Shown: positions 35,776 to 41,650 of the stretch, in pieces
Layout of the letters: each line of letters opens with the position of its first letter
How positions within the stretch are numbered: the first letter of the stretch is position 1
Source of the DNA: an uncultured Clostridia bacterium
GTDB taxonomy: Bacteria > Bacillota > Clostridia > Christensenellales > UBA1242
Assembly (NCBI GenBank): GCA_946610655.1
Contig: CAMOCH010000001.1
Coordinates: 1 to 41,650 of the forward strand
Length of the DNA: 41,650 nucleotides
Direction: 5' to 3'
The notes under the pieces: generated by a model
The model's database searches: none
The model's input: the letters and a program-made list of their open reading frames with translations, nothing else
Told to the model about the DNA's origin: nothing
Made by a program: the position numbers and the translations under genes

Positions 35776-37190
35776 TATTCACCCCCAATATATGAATAAT
35801 CAATTGACAAATTTGATATATCAGCACCATCGTTTCCACTAAACTCCAAGCATAAATCATTAAACAAAATTGAAAGCTTTTTGTTTATATAATAATCACT
35901 TCCATCAATATCAAATTCATATGTCCCAAGGTCTGTTATAACTTTAAGTTTTACATCTGTTTTAGACAACAAATTTATTCTTCGAAGAGTTTTAATTTTG
36001 GCATTAGGTTCTAACTTCAATTTTATTGTTCTATACAAAAAATTGCGACAATTTGCCAAATTTATATCGTTTTTTGATAAAATATATGGTAAATTTGCAG
36101 AATTTTGATTTGTTGTTAATACACCAAAATATCTTTTATTTAAAATCAACGAGAAGATTCCTTGAATATTTGGGTCACAAAAAATCTCATTAATTATATC
36201 TTTATAGATGTCGATAATTAATATGAATTTTTGATTTTCATGACTCACCAACAAAAAGTATTGACCATCAAAACTATTGGCCACACTATCATCATTTATA
36301 TCAAAGTTTTTATAAATTTCGTCATAGATTCTTTTACAATTTATACCATCAAATTTAAATATACCAGAACTAGATGCAAACATAATAAAATCACCATTCG
36401 AACATATTGTATTTTCAAAAATCTTACCACTCGAAAAATACATTTTTGACATTTTAAAAGAATTTCCATTATTCGTGGATGCAATTTTAACTATACCAAA
36501 TTCTCTGATAACAAAAATATAATTATCTAGTGATACAACTTTTAAAACCTTGCCCATGTTATCACTAAAACTTATATATTTTTCTTCATCACTACTCATC
36601 GTCCATTCTGTTGGATCGAACGTGTCTGAATAATAAACCGAGTATAAATTATCAAGTGTTATAACAAACACCCTATCAAGACCAACAGCAAGAGATAAAA
36701 TTTTGGGAGCATCCAAAACTTCATATGGATTATCAATTCCGTTCCAAACCCACATTTCATCAGTTTTAGATGAAATAAGTAAATTATTTACACCATCATT
36801 TATAAACGTTTCAAAAGTTGGCCGGCTTGTTAGATTGATACTATTTAAATTTTTTAAAGTTCTATTTATATCATGTAGGTTATAATAATACACTTTGTAG
36901 TCAGCTGTTGCAAAAATCACATATTCAACAAGCGTTCCACTACTATATGTGGAGAACCCAAACACATCCACAATTTCAGCAATATTACCAAGCGCCGTTC
37001 TCAGTGTGCTGGCATTATTTTTATCAATCACTGTAGTCAAGTCTTCTATTGAAAATTGTGATTCAATTTTATCCTTGGCAGAAACGTTATAAAACTTGTC
37101 TGCGATACCTTTGTTTGGAAAAGATAACACATCTGAGCACAAGCCCATATCTTTGTCAAAAGCGAAATTTTTATTTATCTGTTTCATCAT
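35775..37190 (-). CDS. Phage structural protein, uncharacterised (471 aa; possible tail hub or nozzle, beta-propeller-like)
   Basis: It is the first large ORF after the head-completion genes. Strand-like hydrophobic/aromatic segments recur every 40-50 aa (VYYYNL, MWVWNG, VFVITLDNLYSVYYSD, YIFVIREFGIVKI, FIMFASSSGIFKFDG, YFLLVSHENQKFILIID). SD AGGGGG. The assigned function is inference only. Confidence 0.45.
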   Translation of the reverse strand: MMKQINKNFAFDKDMGLCSDVLSFPNKGIADKFYNVSAKDKIESQFSIEDLTTVIDKNNASTLRTALGNIAEIVDVFGFSTYSSGTLVEYVIFATADYKVYYYNLHDINRTLKNLNSINLTSRPTFETFINDGVNNLLISSKTDEMWVWNGIDNPYEVLDAPKILSLAVGLDRVFVITLDNLYSVYYSDTFDPTEWTMSSDEEKYISFSDNMGKVLKVVSLDNYIFVIREFGIVKIASTNNGNSFKMSKMYFSSGKIFENTICSNGDFIMFASSSGIFKFDGINCKRIYDEIYKNFDINDDSVANSFDGQYFLLVSHENQKFILIIDIYKDIINEIFCDPNIQGIFSLILNKRYFGVLTTNQNSANLPYILSKNDINLANCRNFLYRTIKLKLEPNAKIKTLRRINLLSKTDVKLKVITDLGTYEFDIDGSDYYINKKLSILFNDLCLEFSGNDGADISNLSIDYSYIGGE

Positions 37191-37744
37191 AGCCCCCTAC
37201 AAAATAAATTTTTTGAAGGTTTATACAGATTTCTTAATCCCTCTTTGTATTTTTCCTCCCAAATTCGAGCCTCTGCATATTGCAACTTAGTCAAATAATA
37301 TTCATAAACAACACCACAGCTTATAGCGTTTTCGTTAACACCAAGTGGCAAAACCAACGTATCACTTAAACTGTTGATATCGTTTGGATAATAAATGTAT
37401 GAAATTGTATATACACTACTTGAGTCAAGACCATAAATTTTTGTGCCATCAGTATTATATTTAACTTTTGAATTGCGAGAATTTTTTATCTCATTAATTT
37501 TAACAACTGAATAATTTAAATCTGCAAAAGAGATTTCTCCGTTTTCATTTGTTTCAACATATTCAGTGCTTCTATAACAATAAAAGTTTGAAGCAATATC
37601 TTTAATAACAAAATTTGTAAGCATAATAATTAATTCAAATTTTGAAGCATCATATTCTTCTTCATTTAAGTATTTATTAAGCTCAGAAATTGTTTGTTTA
37701 TCATCTAAAATAAGAGCAACATCTTTAATTAATTTAAATAACAT
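37187..37744 (-). CDS. Phage head-completion / head-tail adaptor candidate (185 aa)
   Basis: Assigned by position between capsid and tail genes. The start is set at MLFKLIKD (37744) behind SD AGGAGA. The track start at 37837 overlaps the upstream ORF. No family motif recognised. Confidence 0.4.
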   Translation of the reverse strand: MLFKLIKDVALILDDKQTISELNKYLNEEEYDASKFELIIMLTNFVIKDIASNFYCYRSTEYVETNENGEISFADLNYSVVKINEIKNSRNSKVKYNTDGTKIYGLDSSSVYTISYIYYPNDINSLSDTLVLPLGVNENAISCGVVYEYYLTKLQYAEARIWEEKYKEGLRNLYKPSKNLFCRGL

Positions 37745-37754
37745 AATATTTCTC

Positions 37755-38060
37755 CTATAACATTTTTTCGCAATTTTTTGTATAATATATGGTATTTTTA
37801 ATGTTTTCTTCTTCAATTTTGCGATTTTTCTCTTCAATTTGCCTAAATAGTTTTATTGCATTTTCGCGTCTTGTTTGTTTAATTTTATCAATCACATTAG
37901 GCAAAATTGGAAAGTCAAAAGTTAAGCAAATTTGATCATTAGAAGAATCAAACAACTCTATTTTGTTTGTTTTTCTGTTTAAAAAAAGTTGATATGTTTT
38001 GCTTATTTCTTTTATCCTTAGATAAATTCCAAACATATCTTTATATTCAATTTTTTCCAT
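37755..38060 (-). CDS. Phage hypothetical protein (101 aa)
   Basis: The track start at 38072 is a TTG inside the SD. An ATG at 38058-38060 sits 7 nt after GGAGA. It lies downstream of the capsid-gene hairpin. Confidence 0.5.
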   Translation of the reverse strand: MEKIEYKDMFGIYLRIKEISKTYQLFLNRKTNKIELFDSSNDQICLTFDFPILPNVIDKIKQTRRENAIKLFRQIEEKNRKIEEENIKNTIYYTKNCEKML

Positions 38061-38070
38061 ATATTTCTCC

Positions 38071-38103
38071 AAAAAATATTAGCTGGCAAACTGTGCCAGC
38101 TAA
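38071..38103 (-). terminator. Strong hairpin (attenuator or terminator) immediately after the major capsid gene
   Basis: Minus strand reads TTAGCTGGCA-loop-TGCCAGCTAA (10-bp stem) followed by TATTTTTT. Confidence 0.6.
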
Positions 38104-38113
38104 ACAAATATCA

Positions 38114-39298
38114 CTATGATTCCATAATACCAGTAATCTTTGCTTGACCACTTGGTTTATTACAAATTATGTCTGCATATTTAACAAGTGTTGCGCTATA
38201 TGTTGGATAGTTTGCATTTTGTTTAATTACTCTGCCATCTTCATTTTCAAGCCATTTCCAATCGCATAATTGATGAAGATTAAATTCTTTTGTGTTTAAA
38301 AGATACATTGTGTTTTCTGGAGCAAATCTATCTGAAACAACAGGAATACCATTATATGATATTGCTTTGTAACCACCTTCAAGTTCCATAACATCAATGT
38401 TTGAACGATAGTTTGCAAGATAGTATTGATAATTTCTCTTAACACCTGCAGAACAAACAATAAAGTCAACTTTGCTATCTGCATTTTCTTCCAAATTATC
38501 AATAGCTGTTTGAATGATAATATCTGTGATTTGAGTTGTAGTGTTATTGTTTGTAATATCTTTAATATATGGTGTCATCCAACCATATGTTGATTTACTT
38601 AAGCCATAAAGTGTTCCTGTGGTTTTGAATATTGCATCAAGACCAGTAAGTTCATTACCATAACTTCCTTGAACAACTAAAATTTTTGAAGCAAGAGCGC
38701 TTGCTGTTAATGTTTTATCAACAACAACTGCTTTATTTGTTCTATCAATAGAAACAATTCTCATGCCTGTTGCACCACTAACAGCAGCACCAGTTGAAGC
38801 ATCAACTGCATCAACAATCATGCCTTCCATAAGATTTTTAACAGTATCAACAGTGATTGCACTTGTGGTATTTGCAGAAGCTGTTGCAAGTTTACCAGTT
38901 CCATCACCATAAAGCATTCTTCCAAAGTTGAAAGCACTTGCTTTAATAAGTCCTTCCATTTCACTATTAAGAAGGTTTACAAATGCACCAGCACTATTTT
39001 CTGATGCACGAATAGCTTTATCAGAAATTTCAATTTTCCCATAAAGGTTTTTAAGTGATAGTTTAAATTGAGCATAGTTATTTCCACCAGCTACAGGAAG
39101 AGTTCCATCTTCTGTTCCTGCTCCAATTCCACCATTAAGGCCATATGGTGCAACCTTAATGATTTCCTTACCCCAAACATCAGCTGTAGTTTGGTTAATT
39201 TTTGCAAGAAGTGGATTGATTCCAGTGTTGAGTTGATTTGACACAACGCCTAAATACACTTCTTTCAATGCATTGTTTGCAGTTTGTAATGTTACCAT
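38114..39298 (-). CDS. Phage major capsid protein (HK97-fold family like)
   Basis: 394 aa, located after portal and scaffold. The segment KIEISDKAIRAS..GAFVNLLNSEMEGLIKASAFNFGRMLYGDGTGKLA resembles the Phage_capsid family pattern (..vs.e.l.ds...........l......e..a.l.GdGtg). SD GGAGA. It is followed by a hairpin. Confidence 0.8.
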   Translation of the reverse strand: MVTLQTANNALKEVYLGVVSNQLNTGINPLLAKINQTTADVWGKEIIKVAPYGLNGGIGAGTEDGTLPVAGGNNYAQFKLSLKNLYGKIEISDKAIRASENSAGAFVNLLNSEMEGLIKASAFNFGRMLYGDGTGKLATASANTTSAITVDTVKNLMEGMIVDAVDASTGAAVSGATGMRIVSIDRTNKAVVVDKTLTASALASKILVVQGSYGNELTGLDAIFKTTGTLYGLSKSTYGWMTPYIKDITNNNTTTQITDIIIQTAIDNLEENADSKVDFIVCSAGVKRNYQYYLANYRSNIDVMELEGGYKAISYNGIPVVSDRFAPENTMYLLNTKEFNLHQLCDWKWLENEDGRVIKQNANYPTYSATLVKYADIICNKPSGQAKITGIMES

Positions 39299-39309
39299 AA
39301 TTATCTCCG

Positions 39310-39984
39310 TTATTTTTCTAGCATTTTTGCAAAAATCTTGTTTGCATCACTAAGCGTTTTTGGTTTGTTTTGGTTTTCACTTATTGGAACATATCCACTA
39401 TCTCCACCAATAACTTTTGGACTGCTTGTTGATGCAAGTGATTTAATATATTTGTCAATAATCTTTTCTGTAATATCTTTGTTATTAAGAATATAATCAT
39501 CAACAAACTGTGGGTTGTTTACTATTTCTGCAGGAGTGCTTTTTTGTTTTTCCATAGAAAGTCTGCTTGCAATATCTATTCCATTTTGCATATAAACAAG
39601 CTCTTTATTTTTCAACAATTCATCTTTTATTTCATTAATGTGAGATAAAGAGTTTGGATTATTTTCTGCAAAATTAAGCAATTTTTGTGATAAAACAGTA
39701 TCAAAATCGCCATTTTTTTCAACTTTTTTGCAAGAATCATTTTCACTTGTTTTCTCAAAATTTTCATTTGTTAAGGTCTCGGATTTATTGACTGATTCCT
39801 CTGCATAAGTCTTTTTAAGGTTTGCAAGCTCTTGACTTTTTCTTGTAAATTCTGCCTGCAAATTGTTGTAGGCATTAAGCAAACTTGTTGCATCTTTAAA
39901 CTTCCCAGCAATAGAGCCAGATTCATTTTCAAGTTGTGCACCACCCAAATTTGTCTCTGGTTGTTCTATAAATTTTTCTTCCAT
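39310..39984 (-). CDS. Phage capsid scaffolding protein
   Basis: 224 aa, acidic and predicted helical or coiled coil. It sits between portal and capsid. The N-terminal KFKDATSLLNAYNNLQAEFTRKSQEL resembles scaffold/GP20-like proteins. Confidence 0.65.
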   Translation of the reverse strand: MEEKFIEQPETNLGGAQLENESGSIAGKFKDATSLLNAYNNLQAEFTRKSQELANLKKTYAEESVNKSETLTNENFEKTSENDSCKKVEKNGDFDTVLSQKLLNFAENNPNSLSHINEIKDELLKNKELVYMQNGIDIASRLSMEKQKSTPAEIVNNPQFVDDYILNNKDITEKIIDKYIKSLASTSSPKVIGGDSGYVPISENQNKPKTLSDANKIFAKMLEK

Positions 39985-39993
39985 ACTTTTCTC

Positions 39994-41650
39994 CTATTTT
40001 TCTTCCATCATTTTTTTATGTTTTTTAATATGTTCAAGAATTTTTTCATTATGTTCTTGAGAAAATTTTTCATGTTCATCAGACACCAAAAACCTAGTGT
40101 GCTCTTCAATGTGAATTTTATGATCATCAACCTCTAAAGGCTCTGTCACTTTTTCAATGTTTAGATTTTCCTTTATTGCTTTTTTTGTGTGCATAATTGA
40201 AATATCTTGAGAATTTTCCCACGAACCAAAGCCCAAGCTATCAAGAATTTTAACCCTAGTTCTGTTTGAAATTTTGCCATTTTCATCTGAAAGCAAGCCT
40301 TTATCATATAATTCAAGAAGTACACTCTTCCTTCTTGTTGCACTTTCTGTAAGTTCGTTTTCTGTATCAAGCACAATGTCATCATTTTCAAGATTTGCAC
40401 CTGTCCAATAATAAACTTCAATTTCTCCATTTTCGTCTGAGATTTGAGAAAGTCTTTTTGTTACAGCAAATTGCTTGTATAGTCTTATTACCATCGTTGC
40501 AATTTCCTTAACAGAATTTCTTATATGCTCGGCAACAACAGAAAGCCTTGTTTCATCTTGTTCAATCAAAAGAGTTATTGCTGAGCCACTAGAAACAGAT
40601 GACGGCAAAGTGCTATCTCTCATAATTTCACTAACACCACCAAGAATGTTAAACTCTGCAAGAAGTTTATTTTCTTCATCAGAAATTTCTTTTGGAACGC
40701 TGCCTGCATCCATAAACTGCGGTTTTTCACTGCCTGCTCTATAAACCAAGATTTTACCAGGAGCCAAGCCTTCATCTTCAAGATTATCAATATCAACAGA
40801 TCCATCTTCCACAGCAAGAACACCAGCAGAAAGCCTTGCAATAAATTCATGTTTTCTGTTTTTGATTGCATTGTATGTTCTTTGAACAGGAATAAGTCTT
40901 TCTATTACACTTGTTCCCCAAAAACTTCCAATTTGAGTGCTTGACACTTGTCTTACAAATGGATAACCTCTTTTACCTTCACTGATTACAGAATACGGAA
41001 GATCTCCATCATAAACAAGCGACCTGCCAACAACAATAGTAAGTCTTCCTTTTGGGCTTTTTATTGTTGGTTTCTCATATCTTTCAAGCACCAAAACATG
41101 GTCATGTTTTTTAATGTGTGCAAGCTTTGTAACGTTACTTCTTCCTGCAATCCCAGAATAATACGCCATTTCATCTAGCGCCAAGCTATCAATATCAGTG
41201 CCATTTTCATTAACACCATAAACTTCATTTACATATTTTGCAGGATACGCTTTTGCATGAATAATAGATGAGCATTCCTCAACACTTGAAACAGCATTAT
41301 TATCTGGGAATATTTCATATGGCGAACAAACAGAAATGTCAACATCTCCGGCTTTTATAGTCGCATTGTCTGCAACAGCAATAGTGTCGCCAATATCACT
41401 ATTCCAAGAAACTTTATAAAAACTTGTTCCAGTAATCTCACTCCACACTGTTGCTTTGCTTATAAGTCTTGAAAGTCCTGTTTTATTAAACACTCCATTT
41501 AATATGCTTTTTGAAAGCTTGGCGCAATACAAATCACTTTGTTCTGTGCCACTTGGTCTTACTGATGCCGTTGGTCTAACTTTTGCAAGTTTTGCAAGAC
41601 GCATTTCAATAATTGGAGCAATATGGTTAAATACCTCTCGACTTTCCCAA
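39994..41650 (-). CDS. Phage portal protein (N-terminus lies beyond the window end)
   Basis: The frame stays open upstream of the track Met (..WESREVFNHIAPIIEMRLAKL..) to the window edge. Its size (over 550 aa), its position before the scaffold and capsid genes, and an acidic C-terminal tail are typical of portals. Confidence 0.8.
   Translation of the reverse strand, partial: WESREVFNHIAPIIEMRLAKLAKVRPTASVRPSGTEQSDLYCAKLSKSILNGVFNKTGLSRLISKATVWSEITGTSFYKVSWNSDIGDTIAVADNATIKAGDVDISVCSPYEIFPDNNAVSSVEECSSIIHAKAYPAKYVNEVYGVNENGTDIDSLALDEMAYYSGIAGRSNVTKLAHIKKHDHVLVLERYEKPTIKSPKGRLTIVVGRSLVYDGDLPYSVISEGKRGYPFVRQVSSTQIGSFWGTSVIERLIPVQRTYNAIKNRKHEFIARLSAGVLAVEDGSVDIDNLEDEGLAPGKILVYRAGSEKPQFMDAGSVPKEISDEENKLLAEFNILGGVSEIMRDSTLPSSVSSGSAITLLIEQDETRLSVVAEHIRNSVKEIATMVIRLYKQFAVTKRLSQISDENGEIEVYYWTGANLENDDIVLDTENELTESATRRKSVLLELYDKGLLSDENGKISNRTRVKILDSLGFGSWENSQDISIMHTKKAIKENLNIEKVTEPLEVDDHKIHIEEHTRFLVSDEHEKFSQEHNEKILEHIKKHKKMMEEK

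Larger units (their letters stand above)
30141..41650 (-). mobile_element. Prophage, late-gene end (packaging/head/tail/lysis); continues beyond the window end
   Basis: A contiguous minus-strand block runs portal, scaffold, major capsid, small ORFs, three large structural ORFs and two holins. It has ATGA/TAATG start-stop overlaps and ends in a terminator next to host genes. The exact att boundary is not determinable from one end. Confidence 0.8.

Noticed and set aside
31296-37190. Size coincidence with P22 gp10 (472 aa) and tailspike gp9 (667 aa).
   Set aside because: Lengths alone are not evidence, and I could recognise no sequence similarity.

Overview
Low-GC (about 30%) Firmicutes chromosome segment. 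Nearly every gene is on the minus strand. A type-A-like RNase P RNA plus a pro-sigma-K gene suggest class Clostridia; this is inference. Positions 1-30.1 kb are conserved housekeeping genes. They include trmFO-topA-(S51 peptidase)-dprA-comM and rpsU. They also include the heat-shock/translation block lepA-hemW-hrcA-grpE-dnaK-dnaJ-rsmE-mtaB, which is collinear with B. subtilis but lacks prmA. The CIRCE operator and a sigma-A promoter upstream of hrcA are readable. Next come a divergent GDPD-like gene, a small membrane-anchored protein, pnuC-like, helD and rarA. An AT-rich orphan ORF, rnpB and sigK follow. The last host genes are a U32/TrhP-like gene, a TrmR-like methyltransferase, RNase J and a membrane protein. 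From about 30.14 kb to the window end lies the late (head-tail-lysis) end of a prophage. It encodes portal (partial), scaffold, HK97-like capsid, small head-completion ORFs, three large uncharacterised structural proteins, a small ORF and two holins. No tube, sheath, tape-measure, endolysin or integrase gene is recognisable in the window. The most unusual signal is at nucleotide level. A 17-nt motif (minus strand TAAAAAACGCAAAATTT) occurs four times, and each time its TAA is the stop codon of an unrelated gene. Longer relatives of the motif bracket rnpB and sigK. Other points are a metallothionein-like Cys/His-rich N-terminus on GrpE, a GDPD homolog lacking both catalytic histidines, and a possibly leaderless rarA. 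No tRNA, rRNA, CRISPR array or transposase was seen. Coordinates of non-CDS features were read by eye and may be off by 1-2 nt.
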